The translations under genes were made by a program, and so were the position numbers. From positions 1-42,875 of the forward strand of contig CADBSB010000055.1 of the NCBI GenBank assembly GCA_902797235.1: a stretch of 42,875 bases of DNA, in the 5' to 3' direction. Source of the DNA: an uncultured Ruminococcus sp. Its GTDB lineage: Bacteria; Bacillota; Clostridia; Oscillospirales; CAG-272. The notes beneath the pieces were generated by a model that worked only from the letters and a program-made list of their open reading frames with translations, made no database searches and was not told where the DNA came from. Below, piece by piece: positions 26,742 through 36,083 of the stretch (the stretch's first letter is position 1; every line of letters begins with the position of its first letter).

Positions 26742-27770
26742 ATGAATATGATCTTCAAGCGCAAGCTTCCGATACCGCAGGAGATAAAGGGTATGTACCC
26801 GGTAACGGAGGAGCTTGCAAAGATAAAAAAAGAGCGCGATGAAAAAATAAAAGCCGTATTCGACGGCAAAAGCGATAAATTCATCCTCGTTATAGGTCCC
26901 TGCTCCGCGGATTCCGAGGAGCCCGTGATAGATTACGTCAACAGGCTGAAAAAGGTGCAGGACAAGGTCGAGGATAAAATAATAATCATCCCGCGCATAT
27001 ATACGAACAAGCCGCGCACCGTCGGCGACGGATACAAGGGGATGCTCCACCAGCCCGACCCGACGAAGGCGTCCGACCTTTTAAAGGGCATAATAGCGAT
27101 AAGGCAGATACATATGCGCGTCCTGTCCGAGACGGGACTTTCCTCCGCGGACGAGATGCTTTATACGGAAAACCACAGATACCTGTCCGATCTGCTCTCC
27201 TACGTAGCGGTCGGCGCGAGAAGCGTCGAGGATCAGCAGCACAGGCTGACCGCGAGCGGACTTGACATACCCGTGGGTATGAAAAACCCGACGGGCGGCG
27301 ATCTGTCCGTAATGATGAACAGTATAATCGCCGCGCATCATCCGCACGCCTTTATTTACAGAGGCTGGGAGGTCGAGAGCACGGGCAACAAATACGCCCA
27401 TGCCATACTGCGCGGATACATGAACAAGCACGGTCAGTCGCTGCCGAATTATCACTACGAGGACCTTATGCTGCTTTACAATATGTATATGGAAAAGGGA
27501 CTTGAAAACCCCGCCGTGCTTATAGACACGAACCATGCGAACTCAAACAAGAACTACAAGGAGCAGTCAAGGATAGCGAAGGAGGTGCTCCATTCCTGCC
27601 GTTATTCGAAGGACGTCAGAAGCATAGTAAAGGGGCTGATGATAGAAAGCTATATCGAGGAGGGCAGCCAGAGCGTCGGCGGCGGCGTTTACGGCAAGTC
27701 CATAACCGACCCCTGCCTCGGGTGGAAGGATACGGAGGATTTAATATACAGACTGGCTGATACTCTGTGA
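26742..27770 (+). CDS. aroF: 3-deoxy-7-phosphoheptulonate (DAHP) synthase, type I
   Basis: IGPCSADSEE, IIPRIYTNKPRT and GYKG segments. 342 aa. Confidence 0.9.
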   Translation: MNMIFKRKLPIPQEIKGMYPVTEELAKIKKERDEKIKAVFDGKSDKFILVIGPCSADSEEPVIDYVNRLKKVQDKVEDKIIIIPRIYTNKPRTVGDGYKGMLHQPDPTKASDLLKGIIAIRQIHMRVLSETGLSSADEMLYTENHRYLSDLLSYVAVGARSVEDQQHRLTASGLDIPVGMKNPTGGDLSVMMNSIIAAHHPHAFIYRGWEVESTGNKYAHAILRGYMNKHGQSLPNYHYEDLMLLYNMYMEKGLENPAVLIDTNHANSNKNYKEQSRIAKEVLHSCRYSKDVRSIVKGLMIESYIEEGSQSVGGGVYGKSITDPCLGWKDTEDLIYRLADTL

Positions 27771-27776
27771 TATATG

Positions 27777-27809
27777 GGGCTGTCGCAAATGCGACAGCCC
27801 CGTTTTTTA
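27777..27809 (+). terminator. Intrinsic terminator of the aromatic operon
   Basis: GGGGCTGTCGC-AAAT-GCGACAGCCCC followed by GTTTTTTA, 7 nt after the aroF stop. Confidence 0.9.
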
Positions 27810-27899
27810 TCACCCTTTTACCTTTTTCGCATATCATATTAAGGGCGGAAAAACCGTCCAAATACGCAAAGGAAAAGCATCTTTTGATGCGTTACTGTA

Positions 27900-28130
27900 A
27901 TGTATAACAACCAGAGATACGTAAGAAAACGCCCGGCGGCGGTGTACGAGGCGTGCGCCGCGGACGCGGAGAACGGCGCGGGCGGGCAGAACGGCGGCTG
28001 TGATCAGGTCTACGCAATGGCGTACGTAAAGCCGCAGAAATTCGGCGAGGTATATTCCGAGGAAGAGGCGCTTTTGAACGGAACGCTGTTCCCCGCTCTC
28101 TGCCTGCCATACACGGGAGGCGGAAGATGA
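27900..28130 (+). CDS. cotJA: Spore coat-associated protein CotJA
   Basis: YAMAYVKPQKFGEVYSEEEALLNGTLFPAL..PY pattern typical of CotJA. First gene of a three-gene overlapping operon. Confidence 0.85.
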   Translation: MYNNQRYVRKRPAAVYEACAADAENGAGGQNGGCDQVYAMAYVKPQKFGEVYSEEEALLNGTLFPALCLPYTGGGR

Positions 28131-28390
28131 TGAAAAACGGTGAGGGCGCGCTTATGCGCAGGATAACGGAGGTCAGCTTCGCGCTTGACGAGCTCCGTCT
28201 TTTCCTTGACACGCATCCCGACTGCACGGAGGCGCTGAACGCTTTTGCGATAAAGGAAGAAAAACGCGAACAGCTTTTAGACGAGTACGCGCGGAAATAC
28301 GGCGGCGTAGAGGGTTACCGCCCCGGCACGGAAAACGGCTGGGAATGGAACGCGGCGCCGATGCCGTGGAAAAAGGAGGCGAACGGCTGA
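28127..28390 (+). CDS. cotJB: Spore coat protein CotJB
   Basis: VSFALDELRLFLDTHPDC..AL and a C-terminal W.W...PMPW pattern. Confidence 0.85.
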   Translation: MMKNGEGALMRRITEVSFALDELRLFLDTHPDCTEALNAFAIKEEKREQLLDEYARKYGGVEGYRPGTENGWEWNAAPMPWKKEANG

Positions 28391-28989
28391 TGTGGGAATA
28401 TGAAAAAAGGCTTCAATATCCGGTAAATATCAAGCGTCCGGACGCAAAGGCGGCGAAAATAATAATCAGCCAGTACGGCGGTCCCGACGGCGAGCTCGGC
28501 GCTTCTTTGCGCTATCTTTCTCAGCGGTTTGCCATGCCGAACGACAGAGTTGCCGGCCTCTTAACGGACATAGGCACGGAGGAGCTGGCGCATCTTGAAA
28601 TAATAGGCGCGATACTGTATCAGCTCACGTCTGATCTTACGCCGGAACAGATAATAAAAGAGGGCTTTGATACGTATTTCGTCGACCACACGCTCGGCGT
28701 GTATCCGCAGGCCGCGTCCGGCGTTCCTTACACCGCGGCGTTCATGCAGTCAAAGGGCGACCCGATCGCCGATCTCGTTGAAGACATGGCGGCGGAGCAG
28801 AAGGCGCGCGTGACGTACGACAATATCCTGAACCTCGTCGACGACCCCGATATTATAGACCCGATACGGTACCTGCGCGAGCGCGAGATAGTCCATTTCC
28901 AGCGCTTCGGTGAGGCGCTCGGCATGGTGCGCGACGATCTGAACAGCAAGAATTATTACGCATATAATCCGGCGTTTAAAAAGCAATAA
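28390..28989 (+). CDS. cotJC: Spore coat protein CotJC (manganese catalase family)
   Basis: MWEYEKRLQYPV..., GELGASLRYLSQRF and GTEELAHLE. Start set at ATG 28390 (overlaps the cotJB stop), not the track start of 28345. Confidence 0.9.
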   Translation: MWEYEKRLQYPVNIKRPDAKAAKIIISQYGGPDGELGASLRYLSQRFAMPNDRVAGLLTDIGTEELAHLEIIGAILYQLTSDLTPEQIIKEGFDTYFVDHTLGVYPQAASGVPYTAAFMQSKGDPIADLVEDMAAEQKARVTYDNILNLVDDPDIIDPIRYLREREIVHFQRFGEALGMVRDDLNSKNYYAYNPAFKKQ

Positions 28990-29011
28990 AAGGTGTCGGC
29001 TTCACCGACAC

Positions 29012-29146
29012 CTTAACTCGCGTAAGCGAATATAACTCGGCGCCAGCCGAATATAACTTGCGTCAGCAAATATAACTCGCCGCGAGGGGTTCCCCGAAAA
29101 CGAGCTTGTCGAGCTTTCGGGGGTTCACGAAGGCGAATACAACTCA
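29012..29146. repeat. Intergenic mosaic repeat, locus D
   Basis: Three AATATAAC linkers separated by TCGC-GTAA-GCGA, TCGGC-GCCA-GCCGA and TTGC-GTCA-GCAA. Then GAGGGGTTCCCCGAAA...TTTCGGGGGTTCAC hairpin and a degenerate GCGAATACAACTC unit. Confidence 0.85.
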
Positions 29147-29149
29147 ACG

Positions 29150-29186
29150 AAAAAACGAGCCGTCTTTGCGACAGCTCGCTTTTTTA
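29150..29186. terminator. Bidirectional intrinsic terminator shared by cotJ (plus strand) and the yegP-like gene (minus strand)
   Basis: AAAAAACGAGCCGTC-TTTGC-GACAGCTCGCTTTTTT. An A-run and a T-run flank an imperfect stem of about 9 bp. Confidence 0.7.
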
Positions 29187-29194
29187 TGCTTTGA

Positions 29195-29566
29195 TTATTC
29201 TTCCGTTACGACTTCCGCCTCGGGAGCGTTCTTCTTTACGGATTCGATGCCGTTTAAGCAACTCGCCTTTGCCTTGTAGCCTTCCGATACGGCGATTATC
29301 TGGCCGTTGGTGGCTTTCAGTCTGAAACGGAATTCACCGGCTTTGTCGGTGTACATTTCAAACTTCGGGCATTTCACTTTTGCGAAATCCGGAGCGGTCT
29401 GATCCTCGAAATTCGCTTTTGCGGAGTTCTTTCTTACGGATTCGATACCGTTCTTGCAGGACGCGAGGGTCTTGTAGACCTCGGAGGAGGCGATTATCTC
29501 GCCGTTGGTGGCTTTAAGATTGAATTTGACGCCGGACTTTGTTGTCTTTATTGCAAATTTTCCCAT
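29195..29566 (-). CDS. YegP-like protein (tandem DUF1508/UPF0339 domains)
   Basis: Two repeats of F.LKA.NG.II..SE.Y....S...GIESV.KN. Confidence 0.85.
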   Translation of the reverse strand: MGKFAIKTTKSGVKFNLKATNGEIIASSEVYKTLASCKNGIESVRKNSAKANFEDQTAPDFAKVKCPKFEMYTDKAGEFRFRLKATNGQIIAVSEGYKAKASCLNGIESVKKNAPEAEVVTEE

Positions 29567-29610
29567 GGTACTTTTTCCTTTCTTTGATTAAAGATTTTTT
29601 CTGTACCTTT

Positions 29611-29639
29611 ATTATAATGGCATTTTGCCTTAATGTCAA
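29611..29639 (-). promoter_or_regulatory. Consensus sigma-A promoter of the yegP-like gene
   Basis: The minus strand reads TTGACA, a 17 nt spacer, then TATAAT. Confidence 0.7.
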
Positions 29640-29694
29640 GCAGTTTTTTCAAAAAAATTCGGTAAATTATACTGTTTTTTCAAAAAATTCCGCT

Positions 29695-30378
29695 TTATTT
29701 GTCGTTTGTGGCGTCGCCGGAGCCGGAAATCGGTATTTTTTCGCCCGAATACGTCGGCTTGACCGAAAAGATAACGGAGAAAACGTCCTTTATCCTCGCC
29801 GCGAATTCGCGCACGTCGCGCTTCGTCTGCCCGGCGTACGTCTGCTTTGACGCGGATGCGCCGTACGCGTAAAGCCCCTTTGCCTTCGCTATGTACAGCG
29901 CTCTGTATAAATGATATTCCTGCGTAACTATCATAACGCTTTCACAACCGAATATCTCCTTTGCGCGGACGATGCTTTCATACGTTGAAAATCCCGCGTG
30001 ATCCATAAACACCGCCTCCGACGGAACGCCGCGCTCAACGCAGTACGCCTTCATCGTGTTCACCTCGTCGTACTCCGTCCGGCCGTGGTCGCCGCTGACG
30101 AGTATCCTGTCCGACACGCCGGCGAAATACAGCTCGATCCCCCGGTCGAGCCTGTCGGCGAGCATGGCGGAAACTCCGCCCGATTCAAATACCTTTGCGC
30201 CGAGGATCAGTATGCAGTCGAATTTCTCGCCGTCCGGCGCGGTATCCGTCAGTTTTTTATATGAGGACGTCATATAAACGTTCACTCCGACGGAAAACGC
30301 GGCGCAGACGAGTAAAAGCGATACGATAACGATAATTATTATTTTCCGCGCCCGACCGCGTTCTTTCTTTTTCATCAA
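29695..30378 (-). CDS. sanA: SanA/YdcF (DUF218) family membrane protein
   Basis: N-terminal TM segment, then ILILGAKV, SGDHGRTEYDEVNTM, DHAGFSTYESI and REFAARIKD. These are collinear with E. coli SanA as I remember it. Confidence 0.85.
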   Translation of the reverse strand: MMKKKERGRARKIIIIVIVSLLLVCAAFSVGVNVYMTSSYKKLTDTAPDGEKFDCILILGAKVFESGGVSAMLADRLDRGIELYFAGVSDRILVSGDHGRTEYDEVNTMKAYCVERGVPSEAVFMDHAGFSTYESIVRAKEIFGCESVMIVTQEYHLYRALYIAKAKGLYAYGASASKQTYAGQTKRDVREFAARIKDVFSVIFSVKPTYSGEKIPISGSGDATNDK

Positions 30379-30549
30379 AAAAACCTCTCTTATTTACTGT
30401 AAAAACGAAAAAATTTTCAAAAAAGTATATACAATATCGTGCGTATATGATATAATATCTTTGTATAAGTATTATAATGGATTGAAAATCGCTTTTCAAC
30501 TGATTTATATTAAATTTTTTCGACGCACTTGTGTGAGAAAGGATCGGAA

Positions 30550-32646
30550 ATGACGGACAACAAACCCAAACTCTTACTGCCCGCGGGCGACCCCGAATGC
30601 TTTGAGGCGGCGCTCGCGGCGGGAGCGGACGAGATATACATAGGCGGCAAAAGCTTCAACGCGCGGCTCGGCGCCGAGAATTTCACGGAGGAGCAGTTAG
30701 CGGCGGCGATAAAAAAAGCACACTTTTTCGGTGTGAGCGTTTTCGTCACCGTGAACACCCTTTTGCTCGACCGCGAAATATCGGAGGCCCTGCGCTTCAT
30801 AGAATTTCTGTATCTGAACGACGTCGACGCGCTTATAATCACCGATCCGGGTCTGTCCGCGGCGGTGAAGCGCCGTTTCCCCGGTCTTAAATTACACGCG
30901 AGCACACAGTGCTCCGTACATAACGCCGAGGGAGCGAAGCTGTTTACCTCGAGGGGCTTTTCCCGCGTGGTGCTCGCGCGTGAATGCAGCGCCGCCGACA
31001 TCGACAGGATCATATCCGATCATCCCGACACGGAATACGAGATATTCATACACGGCGCGCTGTGCGTCTGCGCGTCCGGCATGTGCGAGCTGTCCGCCTA
31101 CATGGGCGGCAGGAGCGGCAACAGAGGCGACTGCGCCCAGCCGTGCCGTCTGCCCGACAGTACGGGCGTTTGCAGGCTTTCGCTTAAAGACAACTGCCTT
31201 GCGGGCCATATGGAGCGTATTTGCAGATCCGGCGTGACGAGCCTTAAAGTCGAGGGCAGGATGCGCTCGCCCGAATACGTTTACGGCGTGGGCAAGATCT
31301 ACAGGCGCCTGATAGACGAGGGGCGCGACGCGACGGAGGAGGAAATATCCGAATTATCCCGCATATTCGGCAGAAACGGCTTTACGGATTCATATTATAA
31401 CGGCAAGCCCGGCGCCGAGATGCTCGGCACAAGGACGGACGAGGACAAGGAAAACAGCGCCGCGGAAGCGCAGAGGCTCAAAGAAGAGCTGCGCGCGAAC
31501 AGGCGCCGCATACCCGTATCCGTCAAGGCGGACATAAGAGCCGGCGCGGTATCGGAGCTGACGCTCTCAGCAAGGGGCTGCTCCGCCACGGTCTACGGCG
31601 ACATTCCCGCCGCGGCGATAACGTCGCCCCTGACTAAGGAGGACGTCGTAAAAAATCTCTGCAAGCTCGGAAACACGCCGTTCTGCGTCGACCCGGCGGC
31701 GTTCTCGCTCCACCTTGGCGACAACGTTTCCCTGCCCGTCTCGGCGATAAACTCCCTGCGCCGCACCGCCGCGGAGCGGCTTGAAGCGCAGATAGTGACT
31801 AAGCGCTACCCCGACAGATGCGCGGCGCCGTACACGGAGCCCGCGAGGAATATCGGCTCACCGTCCGACGGCAGCTTTCTGATAGTCCACTTCGTGCGCG
31901 GCAAGGGAATGCCGTCCCGCACGAGTCTGGCGCAGTTCTCGCGCATATATTTACCGATAGACGAATACTTGAACGCGCAGATGTCCGTGCGCGACGCGGC
32001 GGACGGCGTTGAGCTTCCGCCCGTAGTCATGCCGCACGAATACACGCTGCTTGAAGAGATGCTGATACGCGTTAAGCTCTGCGGCGTTAACCACGTTATG
32101 GTATCAAACGTCGGCACGCTCCGTCTCGCGCTCAAATACGGCTTCCAGGTACACGGCGGCTTGCAGCTGAACGTTTACAACAGCAGGACGGCGGAGGTGC
32201 TGGCGTCCGAGGGGCTGTCCTCCGTGATACTTTCGCCGGAGCTTAACATAGCGCAGATGAAGGCTGCTTCCTCCGCCTCGCCGATAAAGACGGGCGCGGC
32301 GGTCTACGGCAAGCTGCCCGAGGCGGTGCTCGAAAAATGTATCATCCGCGATATGTACAGTCCCGACGTATCGCCCAAAAAATGCGAGGCGTGCGGCGAC
32401 GGACAGTTCCGCTATTTCAAGGACAGGGAGGGCGAAAACGTCCCCGTCTGCCGTGAATTCATACACAGGAACGTGATGTACAACCCCGTGCCGATTTACA
32501 TGGCGGACAAGCTTGAAGCCGTTTCCGGCGGCGCGGTGGGCGATCTGCACTTCTTCTTCACCGACGAGACGCCGGAGGAGGCGGAGGCGATAATCGAAGC
32601 TTACAAAAACAAAACGCCGACGCATAAGAGAATAAAGAGAATGTGA
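30550..32646 (+). CDS. Peptidase U32 family protein (collagenase-like / RlhA-TrhP-type Fe-S enzyme family) with a C-terminal extension
   Basis: LLLPAGDPECFEAALAAGADEIYIGG...VNTLL and the Cys cluster CVCASGMCELS...GDCAQPCR. ATG 30550 is preferred over TTG 30529 because AAAGGA lies 6-7 nt upstream. Confidence 0.88.
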   Translation: MTDNKPKLLLPAGDPECFEAALAAGADEIYIGGKSFNARLGAENFTEEQLAAAIKKAHFFGVSVFVTVNTLLLDREISEALRFIEFLYLNDVDALIITDPGLSAAVKRRFPGLKLHASTQCSVHNAEGAKLFTSRGFSRVVLARECSAADIDRIISDHPDTEYEIFIHGALCVCASGMCELSAYMGGRSGNRGDCAQPCRLPDSTGVCRLSLKDNCLAGHMERICRSGVTSLKVEGRMRSPEYVYGVGKIYRRLIDEGRDATEEEISELSRIFGRNGFTDSYYNGKPGAEMLGTRTDEDKENSAAEAQRLKEELRANRRRIPVSVKADIRAGAVSELTLSARGCSATVYGDIPAAAITSPLTKEDVVKNLCKLGNTPFCVDPAAFSLHLGDNVSLPVSAINSLRRTAAERLEAQIVTKRYPDRCAAPYTEPARNIGSPSDGSFLIVHFVRGKGMPSRTSLAQFSRIYLPIDEYLNAQMSVRDAADGVELPPVVMPHEYTLLEEMLIRVKLCGVNHVMVSNVGTLRLALKYGFQVHGGLQLNVYNSRTAEVLASEGLSSVILSPELNIAQMKAASSASPIKTGAAVYGKLPEAVLEKCIIRDMYSPDVSPKKCEACGDGQFRYFKDREGENVPVCREFIHRNVMYNPVPIYMADKLEAVSGGAVGDLHFFFTDETPEEAEAIIEAYKNKTPTHKRIKRM

Positions 32647-32648
32647 TC

Positions 32649-33089
32649 ATGAAAATAAAGATAAAAAAGCTTAAAGAAAACGCAAGTCTGCCCGTTTATC
32701 AGACAAAAAACTCCGCCGCCGCGGACCTTTACGCGTGCTTAGACGAGCCGCTTAATATCAAACCCGGCGAGCGCGTGAGGATACCGACGGGCATAGCGAT
32801 GGAGTATGAGGACACAAACGTCGTCGCCGTCATATGCGCGAGGAGCGGTCTGTCGTCTAAGCACGGCATAGCGCTTGCAAACGGCATAGGCGTGATAGAC
32901 CCGGATTACAGGGGCGAGCTGCTCGTTTCCGTCGTCAATCTGTCCGATAAAGAGTACGTCGTTCAGAACAGCGACAGGATAGCGCAGCTTATGCTTTTAC
33001 CGATAGTACGCGGAGAATTTGAATACAGCGATGAATTGTCGGAAACGGAGCGCGGCGATCACGGCTTCGGTTCGACGGGAAACAGGTAA
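32649..33089 (+). CDS. dut: dUTP diphosphatase
   Basis: NSAAADLYA, RSGLSSKHGI, GVIDPDYRGE and RGDHGFGSTG motifs. An alternative GTG start exists at 32643. Confidence 0.92.
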   Translation: MKIKIKKLKENASLPVYQTKNSAAADLYACLDEPLNIKPGERVRIPTGIAMEYEDTNVVAVICARSGLSSKHGIALANGIGVIDPDYRGELLVSVVNLSDKEYVVQNSDRIAQLMLLPIVRGEFEYSDELSETERGDHGFGSTGNR

Positions 33090-33093
33090 GGAT

Positions 33094-33672
33094 ATGGAAA
33101 CCATCATTTTAGCGTCAAAATCACCGAGAAGAAAAGAAATTTTACAGCACGCCGGCATACCGTTTGAGGTAGTGTCCGCCGACGCGGACGAAACGCCGGT
33201 AAAAAGCGTAACGGCGGCGGAGCTTACGATGGGTCTCGCTCAGAGAAAGCTGCGCGCGGTGCTCGACAGGACGGGCGACGAGCGGCTCGTTTTAGCCGCG
33301 GACACGGTCGTTTGCCGCAACGGCGAGGTCTTCGGCAAGCCGAAGGACGCGGAGGACGCGGAGAGGATGCTTTCGCTTTTGTCCGACGGCTGGCACGAGG
33401 TATACACGGGCATCGCCATGCAGAAAAACGGCAAGCTCGTGATAGATTACGCCGTGACGCACGTCCGTATGAGAAAAATCGGCAAAGCGGAGATAAAGGC
33501 GTACATAGCGTCGGGCGAGCCGAACGACAAGGCGGGCGCCTACGCGATACAGGACCTCGGCAGTATATTCATAGAGCGGCTCGACGGGGATTTCCACAAC
33601 GTGGTCGGGCTTCCCATATGCCTTGTGGTCGAGCATCTGTACGATGATTTCGGCATTTCCGTGCTCGGCTGA
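33094..33672 (+). CDS. maf: Maf-like nucleoside triphosphate pyrophosphatase (septum formation inhibitor)
   Basis: ILASKSPRRKEIL, LAADTVV and GAYAIQ motifs. Start at ATG 33094 rather than the track start of 33019. Confidence 0.9.
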   Translation: METIILASKSPRRKEILQHAGIPFEVVSADADETPVKSVTAAELTMGLAQRKLRAVLDRTGDERLVLAADTVVCRNGEVFGKPKDAEDAERMLSLLSDGWHEVYTGIAMQKNGKLVIDYAVTHVRMRKIGKAEIKAYIASGEPNDKAGAYAIQDLGSIFIERLDGDFHNVVGLPICLVVEHLYDDFGISVLG

Positions 33673-33683
33673 CGGAGGCTTTT

Positions 33684-34694
33684 ATGGACAGAAAAACCGG
33701 TATAGATCTCGGCACGTCGAATCTGCGTATCTGCGTCAAGGGCAAGGGCGTCGTTTATAACGAGCCGACCGCCGCGGCCTTCACCGCCGAGCGCGAGCTT
33801 ATCTGCTACGGCGAGCGCGCAAAGCGTATGCTCGGCAGGACGCCCGCGGATAAGGACGCCGTGAAACCGCTCAGATCGGGCGTGATATATAATTTTGAAG
33901 ACTGCGTCGAGATGATGTCCGCGGTTTTGTCGGACAAGGGCCTGCGCGGCGCTCTTTCACGCCCTAAAATAGCCGTTTCCGTTCCTTACGGCATAACGGA
34001 GGTGGAGCGCAACGCGTTTGAGAACGCCTGCGTCGCCGCGTCGGGCGGGCGCGATATATTCATGGTGTTGAAACAGCCCATGGCGGCGGCGGTCGGCTGC
34101 GGCGTTGACGTGCTCAACACGCGCGGCAGGCTTATCTGCGACCTCGGCGGCGGCACCACAAAAACGTCCGTAATAGTTTTCCGCGGCATAGTCAGCGCCG
34201 GCACGGCGCGCATAGGCGGCGACGATCTTGACGAGGCGATAGCGCGGTATATCAAGGACTGCTACAACGTGGTGATAGGAGAGCAGACGGCGGAGCGGAT
34301 AAAGCTTGCGATAGGCTCCGCGCACAGATTAACGGAATCCGGTGAGTACGGCGTGTCGGGCAGGAACCTGCTCACGGGTCAGGTCGTACACCTTATCCTG
34401 CGCTCGGCGGAGATACGGGAGGCGATTACGGAGGAGCTTGACCGTATGACGGAGCACGTAAAAAGCGTGCTTGAACAGATACCGCCGCAGATATCCGCGG
34501 ACGTTTACGAAAGCGGCATGACACTGTGCGGCGGCACGGCGCTTTTGCCCGGTATAGACAGATATTTTGCCGAAAAGCTCGGCATGACGGTAAACGTGAC
34601 GGAACAGCCGGAGCTGTGCGTGCTGCGCGGAACGGAAACGCTGCTCGCCTCATCCGGGGAGCTTTTGCAGGTCGTATGCGAGGGAGAAGAATAA
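33684..34694 (+). CDS. mreB: Rod shape-determining actin homologue MreB
   Basis: GIDLGTSN, DLGGGTT and operon context with mreC and mreD. Confidence 0.9.
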   Translation: MDRKTGIDLGTSNLRICVKGKGVVYNEPTAAAFTAERELICYGERAKRMLGRTPADKDAVKPLRSGVIYNFEDCVEMMSAVLSDKGLRGALSRPKIAVSVPYGITEVERNAFENACVAASGGRDIFMVLKQPMAAAVGCGVDVLNTRGRLICDLGGGTTKTSVIVFRGIVSAGTARIGGDDLDEAIARYIKDCYNVVIGEQTAERIKLAIGSAHRLTESGEYGVSGRNLLTGQVVHLILRSAEIREAITEELDRMTEHVKSVLEQIPPQISADVYESGMTLCGGTALLPGIDRYFAEKLGMTVNVTEQPELCVLRGTETLLASSGELLQVVCEGEE

Positions 34695-34704
34695 TTTTAT
34701 CAAA

Positions 34705-35547
34705 ATGAAATTCTTTAAAAGCAAATTTTTTATAGTAACGCTTATAGTCGCGGTCGGCATAGCCGCCGTCTTTACGGCGATGTCCTTGCTCGGCTATTCG
34801 TCGTATTTAAAAAAGGGACTGTATTATCTGACCGTTCCGGTACAGAAGCTGTCTGACGTCGTGGGGCGCGCGCTTGACGGGTACGCCTCCTACGTGACGG
34901 AATTCGACAAGCTGAAAAAGGAAAACGAAGAATTAAAGGGACAGATAAACGATATGATGGACGAGGTGCAGTCCGCCCGCGCGATACGCGAGGAGAACGA
35001 GGCGCTGCGCCGTATGCTTGAAGTAAAAGAGGAGCACCTCGACTATAAATTCGAACTCGTTGACATAGTGGGGCGAGAGGACGGCAATTACATGACCGTT
35101 TTCACGCTCGGCAAGGGCAAAAACAACGGCATTGACAAGGATATGCCGATAATCTCGTCAAACTCCGGCCTTATAGGCAGGATAACGGACGCCGGCGCGA
35201 CGTGGGCGAAGGCGTGCTCTATCGTCGATATGAACTCATCCGTCGGCGCGTACGTCGAGCGGAGCCGCGCCTCCGGCATAGTCACGGGCGACTATGAGCT
35301 CGGGCTTATGGGTCTGTGCAAGATCTCTTATATGCAAAGCGACGCGGATATACAGGTCGGCGACAGGATACTCACCTCCGGCGTAGGCTCCGTCTATCCG
35401 AGAGGTCTTATAATCGGAACGGTGGAGGAGGTAAAATACGACGAGGGTCTGCGTACCAAATACGCGATAGTGCGCCCGTACGCGGAGATCTCCGGTCTTA
35501 CCTCCGTCACGGTCATAACCTCGTTTGAGAGGTACGTGGAGGATTAG
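34705..35547 (+). CDS. mreC: Rod shape-determining protein MreC
   Basis: N-terminal TM segment, a coiled-coil (LKKENEELKGQIND), C-terminal beta domains (GLIGRI, SGVGSVYPRGLIIG). Confidence 0.9.
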   Translation: MKFFKSKFFIVTLIVAVGIAAVFTAMSLLGYSSYLKKGLYYLTVPVQKLSDVVGRALDGYASYVTEFDKLKKENEELKGQINDMMDEVQSARAIREENEALRRMLEVKEEHLDYKFELVDIVGREDGNYMTVFTLGKGKNNGIDKDMPIISSNSGLIGRITDAGATWAKACSIVDMNSSVGAYVERSRASGIVTGDYELGLMGLCKISYMQSDADIQVGDRILTSGVGSVYPRGLIIGTVEEVKYDEGLRTKYAIVRPYAEISGLTSVTVITSFERYVED

Positions 35548-35549
35548 AT

Positions 35550-36083
35550 ATGCAGCGCCCGGGATTTTCGACGGTGTTACGGATATTTTTAACGTCCGTT
35601 TACGTCATGGCAGCCGTAATAATGCAGTGCAGTGTTTTTCCGCATCTGCGCTTTTTCGGCATGATCCCGGAATTTACGCTTTGCGTCATCGTCTGCGTAT
35701 CGTGCTTTGAGGACGAAAAGGTGAGCTGTATAATTGCGGTATGCGCGGGCTTTCTGCTCGATACCGCGGGAGGCGGAACGTTTACCTTATCGCCCGTTCT
35801 CTTCCTTTTGGCGGCGGGACTTTCAATTCTTTTATCAAAGCACGTTTTTGCGCGTACGTTTCTGCCCGCGGTGCTCTCCGGCACGGCGGCGCTTACCGTC
35901 GGCGCGGCAAAAACGGCGCTCATACTCGTTATCTCCGGCGCTCCGCTCGCTCCGGTGCTCTTAAAAACGGCTCTGCCGCAGTTTATATACGGGATGATAC
36001 TGCTTCTGCCCGTGTATTTACTTTCGGCGCTTCATTACAGGATATTCAGAAACAGCTTTGAATCAAGGCGCGGTGTGATATGA
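35550..36083 (+). CDS. mreD: Rod shape-determining protein MreD
   Basis: 177 aa polytopic hydrophobic protein directly after mreC. Confidence 0.8.
   Translation: MQRPGFSTVLRIFLTSVYVMAAVIMQCSVFPHLRFFGMIPEFTLCVIVCVSCFEDEKVSCIIAVCAGFLLDTAGGGTFTLSPVLFLLAAGLSILLSKHVFARTFLPAVLSGTAALTVGAAKTALILVISGAPLAPVLLKTALPQFIYGMILLLPVYLLSALHYRIFRNSFESRRGVI

Noticed and set aside
27810-27899. Possible sporulation-sigma (sigma E or K type) promoter upstream of cotJA (CATATTA ... CAAATACG)
   Set aside because: The match to the remembered consensus and its spacing is too weak to call by eye. It would need a position-weight-matrix scan or transcript mapping.
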